Positions 51,901 to 64,000 of a stretch of 64,000 nt of DNA are shown piece by piece (position 1 is the stretch's first letter; each line of letters opens with the position of its first letter). Under the pieces are notes generated by a model that worked only from the letters and a program-made list of their open reading frames with translations, was not told where the DNA came from and searched no databases. The position numbers and the translations under genes were made by a program. Source of the DNA: Octopus bimaculoides (taxonomy: Eukaryota). The DNA lies in assembly GCF_001194135.2 (NCBI RefSeq), contig NC_068987.1, forward strand, positions 99,048,543-99,112,542, in the 5' to 3' direction.

Positions 51901-53734
51901 ACGTGCATAATATTACGGTCTCCTTTTATTCTTTTATATGTTTAAGCCTTGAGGCTGCGGCCATGCCGAGGCACCACCAATATTTACTAATATATATTGT
52001 GCTTTAAATAAAAATTATATAGAAGCATATATAACCTGCACCACATACAAAATTCATTATTGTGCGTTACTTTTAGCCGTGAGCATTTAGAGATGCTCCA
52101 CTGTGCAGAGAACTAATACGTAAGGACAAGCGGATAGGTGTTATTTGACAGACGCTTGACTGCTATTTCTATCAAACCAAGAGCCTACTTAACGGTTGGA
52201 ATGCATCAGTCCATGCGGATGGATGCAGAATGACACGAATGGACAGTGTGATAAAATGCATCGCTGTATTTATTTTGAAATTCCGCACGATGATTTAAAA
52301 TCTCGTGCAGTTACCTTTCCGTTTCATGATTATGCTCTTGACAGCTATAGTATCAATCCAAGTTTATGAATTGGCAGAATGTTGCAACAATGCCTTGTGG
52401 TATCAGTACTAGATGTTCGTCTTCCAGCGTTAGTAAAGCCGTGTCAACGATGAAACTAATATCGTACTGACTGTCACTTTGAAGATTATTACACGCTTAG
52501 CGAGGGGAGACTTGCGTGCACAATCAACTGATAACCTTCCTTAAGAAATCTTTCCAATGTCTTGCCAAACATGTGAAGTTGTGTGGTCAACCTTCATTAA
52601 AGAAAACTTTCTATGCATCTATAGCCAGTACGAGATCTCAGATTGAGGTGCATTTTGCAACGATAAAACAAAGCAGAAAGCAAAGAATTAAGGAACATGT
52701 GACCGCGAAACACATATGAATCCGTAAAATTTACGTAGAGTAAGGTTGCACACAGTCAACTACACGGAAGTACAATACGATTGTCTATATATAAAGCATA
52801 TAATAACTTCAAACACAATAAGTTTACATCAATAAATATACAACTTTATTCTAAATTCTAAAAAGACAATTCTAATTTGAGGAAATGCATTAGAACAGCG
52901 AAATTCTACTCTTGTAAACACCTGACAGGAAGGAAATAAAAACACAACTGATTGCTGACAAAACAAACTTAGAAATGAGGTGGAAACAATAACAACACTT
53001 AATAGAAACAATAACAATGTTGAAGAAGATAACAAAGCAACATTGACGAATAAACATAAACGCAGGTACTTGCCTATGCTACAAATGAACAATAGATAAG
53101 CACATCTACAGAAAAATATATCCATATAATAGGGCCCCGAAAGAAATTATACTTACGGCAACAAACTACTTGCATATTGACATACTGAATATATTTAGTG
53201 GGATTATAGTATCGAAGGAATTGGGGCTAATGCCGATGACATTCATCATGTCAGTCCTGCAGTGATTCAATCTAGAAAAGTAACAAAAAAAAAGAACATA
53301 TTTCTCCACACTATTCTAGCTTTTGAATTATGTATATCTCCCCGTCCTACAGAAAGATGAAAAATTATCTCCCTTGTCGACATTAATAATGATCAACAAT
53401 TAGCTCCCCTTAGCTTTTTCTAGCTGTTCAATCATTCATTTATAAACTCCACACACAACATAGACAAAAATGTTTTTCTTAAGAAAATACGAAACTAAAA
53501 TGAGTTAAAAGTCATGATGAGCGAAAGCGAAACCGGTCGACAAACAATATAAAACATATATTAAAACTGTGTAAAGTCTATGCATTTTCCTTCCTTAATT
53601 TTCTGATATATATATATGCAGCTTCGAGTGCAGGTCTCTGGACCTTGTATGTGTAATGTTTCGATTTGGATTGTTTGTTTTTTTTATTCCACATTTTCTG
53701 TTGTATTTACGAGTAACAATCTCGAAATGCCGTA

Positions 53735-53930
53735 AGTTAGCACGTTGGTACAGTTTTCAGTTCGCCGGATTAAATGCTTAGCGAGTCCAAATTCCACCGA
53801 CGTCGACTTTACCTTTCATTCGTTCGGGGTCTATGAAATAAGTACCAGTGAAATACTGAGGTCAATGAAATCGAATAATGCCATCCTGCTAAAAGCTCCA
53901 AGCCTTGTGCCTAGATAAGAAAGATTTATT
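53735..53930 (+). mobile_element. SINE family A, diverged (tail type 1)
   Basis: aatgcttagcg..caaattcc..gtcgactttacctttcat..aagtaccag..ccttgtgcctagataagaaagat. Confidence 0.8.
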
Positions 53931-54636
53931 ACTCTAGGTTATATTTTTCAACTCCCATATCAGGCTATGGAAATATATGTTAAGGTTATCTCTACAGAAT
54001 TTCTATAGAAATTGTACTTTGTTGTATATTATTATGACTCATACTGTGTAGCATAACGAAATACGGTGCCCCTACAGATATTTAGATATCTATTTCATTT
54101 AGATATATATTGTCTCTTGGAATCCGGAAAATAATCACGCACTAATTATTTTGCTTGTCTTTGTTGCAATAAGATGAGGGCGTTTTTCATTAATGTCGCT
54201 TACTGTATGAAATAGAGATGCTTCAGAGGAATGGTTCCGTTAGCATATTCTAAGAATATTTTATCTTGATACCATTTGTTTTTATGTTATTGCTGTTTTT
54301 GTTTATGGTGATGGTGCGTAGCTCAAATGCTTTTCTGCCGTATCCAACGCACGTGGAAAATGTTTCGTGTCATTTCTTCCGGGTTACATCTACTTTTTAT
54401 TCTTTCTGGATCGATAGCACAAAGTGTCAGCCAAATACTTCCGTCGATGTAATATACTAACCCCTTCTCCTCAAATCATTCGTTTTGCTTAAAAAATTGG
54501 GGCACTTTATTATTACTAGTGTTAGTTGCATTTCATCACTTGCTCTCAGTACCACAAGTTGATAACAGTAAAGTTAACTTCTCGAATCATACCGACTCAT
54601 AATGGCCGGTTTCTGGTTTCATGGCGCATATATATA

Positions 54637-54637
<1 letters not shown>

Positions 54638-54735
<98 letters not shown>

Positions 54736-54757
54736 ATATATATATATATATATATAC
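54638..54757. repeat. (CT)n(TA)n microsatellite
   Basis: Directly visible. Confidence 0.95.
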
Positions 54758-54779
54758 GCCCTCCTGGACAGGGCGCCTC

Positions 54780-54903
54780 CTGGACTGGAGCAACGTGAAA
54801 AGAAGTGTTTTCCTCAAGAGCACAACACGCCGCCAAGTCCAATAGTCGAAAACACAATCGCACAATCATGAATCCAATACTCTAACAACTAAGCCAGGCG
54901 CCT
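54780..54903 (-). mobile_element. SINE family D fragment
   Basis: gcaacgtgaaa..aagtgttttcctcaagagcacaacacg..ctctaacaactaagccaggcgcct. Confidence 0.7.
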
Positions 54904-56479
54904 GCACACAAGCTGATAATGATTTTGTGAAATGAAATCAATTTTTGCTGCAGGTTCAATGATTCAAGCATTTATTATATTTCTGCAGTATATACTTACA
55001 ATAAATGTTTATTGAGGTAGTACGTCAATAAATATCCTACTAAATACTTCAAACATTTCTTCTTTTAGACTTTGCAATACAGACCCTATAAATTTCACTA
55101 TACCTTTGATTTATTTTATCAAATCTAACATGAATTGTTACCATTTGATAAACATTTTCCTGCTTATCGAGGAACTGTGCTATGCAGTTTCGATACATTT
55201 TATACAAAACAAGATGCATTGTGGCCGATTTCACTTGTCGCTTATACCTCTGCCAAATTTTCAGGAGCAATCTTCATTTGGCAATCACATTGGTTTAGTT
55301 TTGACATCTAAGAATTTAATGAATTGCAGCACAGTAAATCGAATGCAGCAATACCCACCGGCTTCTGTTTTGAATCAAGATGGTACAATTTGGAGGCGGA
55401 AAGGCTACTTGAACATCATCTGTCAGTTGAAATGCATTAGCTTAGTGTCTTACAGCATTGCTTCTCAAGAAGCAATAATATATTTTAATGATTTTTATCC
55501 TAGCAATAATCTTTGACATTTGGACAGAAACACGAATTAAATCAATTTTGAAACACAGTTCTAGCGATCCACATATATTCACATGATCACCGTTTTACGA
55601 GAACGTGAAAATAAGCGAATCCATTCATAGCTACTGGAATCTCAGAATGATAAGGAGCCTCTCGTTTTAGCCTTCGATACTTTGGAAGAATACCACAAAG
55701 TATGGAAGTCATACAATTTTGTAAGATCCTCAAGAACACATGCTGAGTTTTTGTTTTTTTCGAAATGCAAGTTGGTTTTCACATTTATTCCCAAAAAAGC
55801 GTGTCTTATCTGTACTAAAACAATTCCGCCGTTACATGATAATGCTTTTTCGTAATGATGGGAAAGTAGTTGTTGATTGCCAGTGTGGAACTTGCAGATC
55901 TACTGATTCTCTTGTGTGTGAAGAAATTCTGAGATGTTCATGAAACGCCCAAACCAATCTCGATTTCTGATCTCAAATTTTCATCTTAGACGTAAAACGT
56001 CGTCCTTTAGTTAACTCATCAAATATACATGACAATTTTATTTGAGTGACATCTAGCATACAAGGTGTATCTTTCGATCTTTTAAGCTGGTACTATAGCT
56101 ATTTCATTTTGTGAAAGCTAAACGCACTAAAATTTGAGAGCAAGCTTTAAGTGTTCTGACCTTTTTTCGAAACATTCTGACATATTTGGATTGTAGATCG
56201 AGAACATTTTTATGTAGCTGAGAGAACATAGACGATATCGGTGAACACAACGTTTAGCTACGAAACTTGTAATGTTCCCTTTCTAGTGATTATCATTTCA
56301 AAACCAAAAGTAACAAAACCTGACTAGTCTTGTGTAAGATAGACTTAATAACAGTTCGTCATTCAGTCGCTCCGCTTACTACTTTTATTGGTTTGATTGC
56401 CAAAATTTATAATTTTCATTTAATAACATGTCTAAATTGTCTGAGGGAATGCAACTTGTTACTGGATATACGGGAAAGA

Positions 56480-56970
56480 AATATTTTACGTTCAACATCT
56501 CTAAGATCAAATAAACGCTGCTGCAGAAAGATGGGCTACATAAACAGGAATAAGCTATATACACCGGTGCAGTCCTGGGTCTGCAATCTAAAACAGTGGA
56601 ACAATTCGTAAAACGGTTGGAGAAAGACAAAAGCTTATGCTCAAGGTATATCTTCAGTTGCTGCAAAATGAAATTGGAATAGAACCAAAATATAGAAAGA
56701 CATTTCAATTGAAGTTCTGGGGAAACGGACTGGGGTAAACTACCTTGTATGCTAGATTCCACTCAAATAGGCAAAATTGGCCTAAGCGTTTCAAGAATCG
56801 TTCTAATTGCTTCATGTACAAGCTCGTCAGCAGTTCTGCAAGTGTCAACATGGCCAGCAGCACCTACTTTCCTATCATTGCTGAAAAATATTATCGTCGA
56901 AAGATAATACGTAACGCTACGCCGCAAATGCTTTCAGTATTGATGAGACAGGCTTTTTTTTTGTGGCGGT
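56480..56970 (+). mobile_element. Tigger/pogo transposase relic (CENP-B-type HTH to first DDE aspartate)
   Basis: NWPKRFKNRSN..SSASV..FP, then after frameshift AFSIDETGFFLW. Confidence 0.75.
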
Positions 56971-57207
56971 AGGGAATGGGGCTGGGTGTGAGGGCAGGGG
57001 AGTTAAATGTCAAAACGAACTTACGTTATGAATCTGTTTAATACAATACTGCGCTTTAAGTTTTAGTCATCGTTTTATATATTGTTCATATTTTAAGCAC
57101 TGCTGTAACATAATCGCATTTAATCTCTACCGAGCAGAATGGAATTGCATGACGATTTTTCTATATATAGAAAAAACTTGAAAGACTAATATTGCTGTCC
57201 ATTGTTC

Positions 57208-57279
<72 letters not shown>

Positions 57280-57312
57280 ACATACACTCTCATACATACA
57301 CATACACATGCG

Positions 57313-57358
<46 letters not shown>

Positions 57359-58430
57359 ATTTTACAAAAGAAAAGAACTAAAGCAGACAAAATGGTTATG
57401 AAGTGCACAATTTGCTTGTGAAGTGAGAAGTTTGCGAATTTTTATTCCCGTTTTATTTCATGCGAATGTTGTACGAAAGGACGTTAAGTAAGCAATGCCT
57501 GAAGTTGCATTTGTTTTATCGTTTCTTGTATTATTTTGCAGTCTCCTTTATTTCTTGTGAGAGAATTTATAATATTGGTCTGTAATTGTGTAAGAATTTG
57601 TGAAGTGTGAATTATTTCATCCATTCTTGATATGAAATTCAGTTTTCAATAAATAGGCAGACTTCTGATTTAAATCATTCTTGTGCATTCCTGATTATAA
57701 TCTTTGATGTATAATGCTTTAAGGCAATATGCAATTTGCTGAGGTCTAGCTGATACATCTAGCACTTCAAACAACAATTGAGAGGAGGTGTCTTCGTTAA
57801 AAAGTTATAATTAAATTTTATTTTGTTTTCTCAGTTTTGGAGTGTTGCAGTACTCAAAACTACCGCAAGTCCACTCGGCACCAATGTTTGATATCTTTAG
57901 AGTACCGCATAAACACTTTTAAGTCGACAAGGGAGCACGAAGGATGTTCTATTGTGGGAAACAGGGACGGCCTGCTGTGGTGAGTGCGGGAGACAGCACA
58001 TTTGGCAACATTACTTTGGGGGACCAGTATGTAAGGAATTGCAGAGATGAGGTGGCATGTAATAAGCAGAAGTATTTATGGTAACGTAGAATATACAGAG
58101 AATGGGGTAGCACTACAGTAATGAACGTGCAATTGGCTGAGTATCCCATGGGTACATCTACACGCAACGAAGTTTTTAGATGGTATCAGCTTCGGAAAAT
58201 GTAATTATTCAGGAATTTTGAGTTGCAGAAAGCATGAATAGAATGTCAATGGGAGAAGAAAATTAGTTGTAGTACCAGAAATTTGCTGCAGCTATCTACA
58301 CCAAAAGGATAAAAGCAGAGTTTACCACAACGGTTTTTGAACTAAGAGCGCAGTGATTCTCAACGAATAATTCAAGGCATTTGCGATTTTGTTAATATAA
58401 CACGCCCCCTTGCGTATAATGTAATATATG

Positions 58431-59048
58431 TATTTCTTTATTACCCTCATGTGGTAAACATAGAGGGGACAAACAAGGATAAAAGGAATTAAGTCAATTA
58501 AATCGACCTCAGTGCGTAACTGGTACTTATTTAATCGACCCCGAAAGGATGAAAGTTAAAGTCAACCTCAGCGGAATTTGAACTCAGAACGTAATAGAAC
58601 ACAAACTACCGCTAACGTTTCTGCCAGCTCGCCGCCGTTTATAATCTTTTCTACTCTAGGCACACGGCGCGAAATGTTTTTGGAGAGGGGATCAGCTAGT
58701 ACTTAATTTTTGGACCCCAAAAGGATGAAAGGCAAAGTCGACCTCAGCGGAATTTGAGCTCACAACGTAAAGTGAGGCGAAATACCGCTAAACATTTAAC
58801 CCAACGGGCTAAAATTTCTTATTTCTTCATTGCCCACAAGGGGCTAAACACAGAGGGGACAAACAAAGACAGACAAAGGGGTGAAGTCGATTACATCGAC
58901 CCCAGTGCGTAACTGGTACCTAATTTATCGACTCCGAAAGGATGAAAAGCAAAGTCGACCTTGGCGGAATTTGAACTCAGAGCGTAACGGCAGACGAAAT
59001 AACGCTAAGCATTTCGTCTTGCGGGCTAACGTTTCTGCCAGCTCGCCG
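58431..59048 (-). mobile_element. Three same-strand SINE-A copies (58431-58636; 58641-58818 head-truncated; 58819-59048)
   Basis: Junction gctaaaatttc|ttatttcttc at 58818/58819, same position as at 29100/29101. Confidence 0.92.
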
Positions 59049-59844
59049 TAATATGTAAAATATTAGCAACATAATTTTCTATTTTACTGTACTTAAAATT
59101 GTATGGCATCCTTTGGAGTCTTTTGTATTTCACATGTTCGTTTATATATCTCATTCAGTTAATAGTTCGTAGAATTCGTATTTCAATGCAGAAAACACTT
59201 AACGTTCTTTAGTTTAGTCCCTTTAAGCAATGAATTCAGAATTTACTGCTACCAATTGATTTTCGTCTTTCCATCGCTAATGAGATAAATAATTACAAGT
59301 TAAGCACTCAGATCGATAAAATCGGCTATATCCTTTCCCAAAATATATGTACCTTTGTGACAAACTTGCAATTCATTATTGCTATTGTATTTATTTTCTT
59401 ACGATTTATTTCAATTAAGAATTTCGATTAAAATTTAAATTTTGCGGTATAAAAAAGAGTATTATTGCACAAGTGCAATAATAGATGTCTCCCAAATAAT
59501 TAAGAAAGGACATTTGTTAATATTGTCGGAGCAAACTTTCAGCGATTGCCAATCTTTAGCTCAAGCTAAAACGATTTTTGAGTGAATTGAAGAAACAATG
59601 TTAATATATTCATTTCTGAAAGGCAACTCGCGCTAAAAGTACACTGTATGAATATGGTTAATAATCAAGAGCGTAGTACAAAGTTTAATTTGTTTGTGCT
59701 TAAGGACCTATATTTTAAACATTCCATTGTAAGCTGTTTCTTTTAGAATATTTTGACTAAAAAAAACCCCAAAAATATTTATATATAATATTCAAGCAGA
59801 GAACGAGAGAAACCTATTTCCCTTCTGTGCATGTAAAGTTGTCA

Positions 59845-60992
59845 GATGTTTCCCAAGTTCACTAGTTTCGGTGGATGGGAAACCCGGTTGAATCGAAGAT
59901 CGAAGTTGGGTACATGGTACACGGAGTGCCGCAAGTCACTCGTGCTATTCCGTCGCTTGTGCAATGCCTGCGGTGGGGGTTCCACCGCATTCTTCTATAG
60001 AGGGCTTGTAGAGGCGAAATGTGATGACCCCTTAGGGGAAACCCGAGGTCTCGACGAAAGTCAGCTGGCGAGTCTATTCCGACGTACATTCGNNNNNNNN
60101 NNNNNNNNNNNNNNNNNNNNNNNNNNNNNNNNNNNNNNNNNNNNNNNNNNNNNNNNNNNNNNNNNNNNNNNNNNNNNNNNNNNNNNNNNNNNNNNNNNNN
60201 NNNNNNNNNNNNNNNNNNNNNNNNNNNNNNNNNNNNNNNNNNNNNNNNNNNNNNNNNNNNNNNNNNNNNNNNNNNNNNNNNNNNNNNNNNNNNNNNNNNN
60301 NNNNNNNNNNNNNNNNNNNNNNNNNNNNNNNNNNNNNNNNNNNNNNNNNNNNNNNNNNNNNNNNNNNNNNNNNNNNNNNNNNNNNNNNNNNNNNNNNNNN
60401 NNNNNNNNNNNNNNNNNNNNNNNNNNNNNNNNNNNNNNNNNNNNNNNNNNNNNNNNNNNNNNNNNNNNNNNNNNNNNNNNNNNNNNNNNNNNNNNNNNNN
60501 NNNNNNNNNNNNNNNNNNNNNNNNNNNNNNNNNNNNNNNNNNNNNNNNNNNNNNNNNNNNNNNNNNNNNNNNNNNNNNNNNNNNNNNNNNNNNNNNNNNN
60601 NNNNNNNNNNNNNNNNNNNNNNNNNNNNNNNNNNNNNNNNNNNNNNNNNNNNNNNNGAAAGTAGAGCTAGAGAGAAAGTGCCTGACTGCGAAAATGTTTG
60701 AAAGTCGATGGAAGAGTGTAGCACGAAAGTTGTGAATAAATGTAACCACATGAATGAGACGAAGGACTCATCTCAGCTATCAGTAGCGAGGCGGGGCACG
60801 AGGGGTCCGTGCTAGACCCGCCTTACCACTCCATCCGTAATGTCTTCCGGTCTGTCACATCATCCGTTTATAATTCGATTTCATTGTAAAATTTTTAAAT
60901 GCATGTTTCTGTCAATTCATTCGTTTTCATCTGACCCCAAATCAGGTTGTATCGTTCCCTCTATGTCGCCCCTTGTGGGCAATAAAAAATTC
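59845..60992 (+). mobile_element. Young 5'-truncated L1/Tx1-like LINE insertion with perfect 16-bp TSD
   Basis: gcatgtaaagttgtca at 59829-59844 and 60993-61008; GC-richer insert; ORF ..STAFFYRGLVEAKCDDPLGETRGLDESQLASLFRRTF before gap and KVELERKCLTAKMFESRWKSVARK after it, resembling Tx1-type ORF2 C-termini; A-rich end. Confidence 0.75.
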
Positions 60993-61302
60993 GCATGTAA
61001 AGTTGTCAAGAACTATTTTAAATATAAATAGCCATGAGAAGTGATATCAATGCCGTGCAGATATATTTATCACATTTAACACAAGCTTCCACATCGACAT
61101 TATTACTTACAACCTCACATAACGCCACCACCCTTTCCTCACACAAGACTCACAGTGATATCTAATAATTCTTTGCACTTAAGTAAAAACTGCCTTGATA
61201 ACTGAGGGTGTTTGAGCTCGGTTGAAATTCTTAATGTAAAAGGGATGAGGTGGTATCAAGGGTAAGTGTTAGTGACTCAGTAGCCTACGCAGCCAAAGAT
61301 CC

Positions 61303-62095
61303 TTATTATTATCATCATCATCATCATCATCATTATTATTATTGCCTTTGTACAGATTCTAACGCTGGAGATGTTATATGGTGTCAGCAGTTCACTATCA
61401 CTGAACTAAGGTCACACCCCTAATTTTTCGAGCACCATCCGGAGTATTCCAGCAGTGCATCACTCTTATTGCCGCCCCTATTTGTTCCATGTACTTCTCA
61501 AAATTTTTACTCAGTTTTCTCAGGGCTTCGACAATTATTGGTACTACTACCACCTTTTTTCAGCGACCACAACTGCTTAACCTCCCAAGATAACCTGTTA
61601 TATCTATCGACTTTTCTTTCTTCCTTCTCGCATAACTTGTTTGTCAGCTGGGCATGTTATATCTGTGATCCAGCATTGTTTGCTTTCTTTCTCAATTAAC
61701 ACTATGTCTGGTTTTCTTTTCTCTAGCTCATGGTCTCACTGAATCATAAAATCGCATAGGATCTTTGCATTATCATTTTCGATGATTCCTTCGGATTTAT
61801 GTTCGTACCAATATCTTGCTCTGTTAAATTCACACTTGTTTCAAAGTGCCCAATGGACCATACTTGCTATATTGTCATGACGTCTCTTATATTCTTTCTG
61901 TACTAGTTGCGTACATTGACTGGTAATATGCCATAAAGTTTCACCATTCTGTCCAAAAGTTCTGCACTTAACACTTTCTGATGTGTTGTCTATTGTGTAT
62001 TTAATGTAATTGGTTCTAATGCTTGCTCTTGGGCAGCACAGATTAGAGTTTCCGATTCTGGTGTTAAATCAGTTCACGTCATCTATAGCCATCTT
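61303..62095 (-). mobile_element. R4/Dong-clade LINE 3' fragment (CCHC finger and RLE) with (TAA/TGA)n tail
   Basis: SETLICAAQEQ; KCRTFGQNGETLWHITSQC; EYKRRHDNIASMVHW; WYEHK..NDNAKILCDF; KPDIVLIEK..ITDITCP; tail 61303-61343. Confidence 0.92.
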
Positions 62096-62269
62096 TTATC
62101 TATATACATACTCACACGCGTGTACATATACATACGAACACGTGAACACATATATATGTCTACGCATACATGCACATACACACGCATATATACTCATGTA
62201 CACATAACTACACTCATATACAGATCTCGAAGTCTGTATTCAGCTTGTTTTGAAAAATTGCCTTTCAAT

Positions 62270-62300
62270 CGGCTGAAGACTCTGCCCCGCAGAAGAATTT
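62270..62300 (+). ncRNA. Candidate hammerhead-like core just upstream of the PLE ORF
   Basis: ctgaaga (62273-62279), 5-bp stem tctgc/gcaga with 3-nt loop, then gaat instead of gaaa. Confidence 0.3.
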
Positions 62301-64000
62301 AATATAGATGCCTAACAGTATCGATAATTCTATGAAAAACATACCTATACCATCCAGGGAACTATACTATACGAAACTTTTGAAGAAAATTACAGACTTT
62401 ATTAAACGTTTGAAATGGAAAGCCTTCTTTTACAACATGGGAGAGGCTGATACAGAGAACATATTTTATGGAATTAAATCAAACAAATCCCCTCCTAAAA
62501 TCAAGGACTTAGAAGACTTCGAAACGGACCTACTGAAGCTTATAAACAAAATAAAATTTCGTAAGTCGTTTAACACTTTTCAACAGAAACTGAAAAATAA
62601 CATCAAACACATAAAAAAATACGCACTTGTTTCTGATAAAATCAAGAACTTATACCTTGTAGAAAACAGCACATACTCACAACTTCTACATAACAACATT
62701 ATTAACAATTACACTAAAGCTAGACCACAAGTTTATAACGACATTGATAAAGAAGCTAGCATCATAACCACTAGGCTTAAATTAAATTTAAAAAAAAAAT
62801 AGAGGTCCTCCTAAAAAAGAAAGACAGGTCTTTATATCTATTAAAGACCAGAAAACGAACTTTCTATCTAATCCTAAATGTAGACTTATTAACCCAGCAA
62901 AATCAGAAATTGGTATTAATAGTATAGACATTTTAGGAAAAATCAATATTAAAGTCAGAAATACTATTAGGTTAGTACAATTGTTTAATAGTTTAGAAGT
63001 CGTTGACTGGTTTAAAGCCATTAGGAATAAAAAATATAGTGAGACTCACACCATTTGATATTGTAGATTTCTATGTTTCTATCTCTAAGTAACTGCTTGA
63101 TAAAGTCCTCACCTTCGCAAGCGAATTTATAGAATTTAGTACACAAGATAAGTACAAAATCTTCTATGACATAAAGACTTTACTCTTCAGTGAGAACGCA
63201 GAGTGAGTTAAGACAACCGATACAGAGGGTGCCTTCGATGTGAGCATCGGATCATATGATGGAGCAGACATATGCGATATCATTGGACTATTCAGACTCG
63301 ATACGTTGGGTAAAACTTTTCCTGGTATACATTTCGCCATTTACAAAGATGATGCTCTAGCTTTACCACAAACACCAATAGACCAGCGCAATATCGGTTT
63401 ACGAAGGACATTATCCAAATTATGAAAACATTCGATCTCAGCATGACAATAGATACCAACCTGACGGTTGTCAATTTCCCAGATGTATCTTTAGATTTAA
63501 ATAAAAAATATTTACAAACCCTATAGAAAGCCCAACGATAGGCTTAGCTATATTAATGTAGCTATATTAATGTAGGTTTCTGCCATCCCCCATAGTATTT
63601 AAGAATTTAGTTTTAAAAAATTAGCGAGAGATTTTCTAGTCCCTCCTCCAGTATAAACATTTTTAATAGTGTTGCCCAATATATAATAGAGCTCTAAAAG
63701 ATAGTGGTTTTAGCGAAGAAATAACCTATACACCTGTTATTAGTCCAGTAATAAAAAAAAAGGAAAAATAGCAATAGGAAAATTGTCTGGTTCACACCAC
63801 CTTGCTCTCCCGAAGTGACAGTTAATATAGGTAGATATTTCTGATCACTTATAGATAGGCATTTTCCAATCATAATTAAAGAAAGTTCTTTAATAGGCAC
63901 AACTTAAAAATTAGTTTCAGTGCTACTAATAACTTTAAAACTATAATTGTACACAACAAACAAAAGCACCAAAACGTAGCCGGCTCTTCTGCAGAGTTAA
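62300..64000 (+). mobile_element. Penelope-like element, Naiad-like, frameshifted, runs off window end
   Basis: SMKNIPIPS..IKRLKWKAFF; FISIKD..NPKCRLINPAKSEIG; FDIVDFY; FDVSIGSYDGADICDIIGL; YKDD; NLTVVNFPDV; RKIVWFTPP..VNIG; 14-bp tandem duplication at 63545-63572. Confidence 0.9.

Noticed and set aside
57950-58140. GIAEMRW-like motif suggesting a LINE endonuclease
   Set aside because: Single weak motif without colinear support
63204-63206. In-frame TGA in the Naiad-like RT as possible selenocysteine
   Set aside because: Aligns to the conserved W of W.K (TGG>TGA) in a copy that also has TAA stops and frameshifts

Overview
AT-rich eukaryotic DNA from a gapped draft assembly (14 N-runs, most flanked by microsatellites). 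The SINE families look like those of octopods (inference from recall; no database search). I find no supportable host gene, rRNA, tRNA gene or CRISPR array, so the window reads as intron or intergenic DNA. Nearly all long ORFs in the track are translations of microsatellites or N-gaps. Manual translation across frameshifts reveals a diverse set of decayed transposons: CR1-like, HERO-like, R4/Dong (four pieces), RTE, a young L1/Tx1-like insertion with a perfect 16-bp TSD, a DIRS1-like relic, two Penelope-like pieces (one Naiad-like, with candidate hammerhead motifs), a Helitron, mariner DD34D, a DD41D long-TIR derivative, Tigger/pogo, two foldback elements and four tRNA-type SINE families (named A-D here). 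The most interesting signal is a possible LINE-SINE system. One SINE-A subfamily shares about 40 nt of 3' end with the Tx1-like LINE. At two separate loci its tail joins another SINE-A copy at the same nucleotide of the tRNA-like head, and a third copy sits at a similar TGGCA^GAA site with a degenerate TSD. This suggests a Tx1-mobilised, site-preferring SINE that inserts into its own family. Family assignments rest on recalled motifs and need HMM/BLAST confirmation; TE boundaries are approximate.
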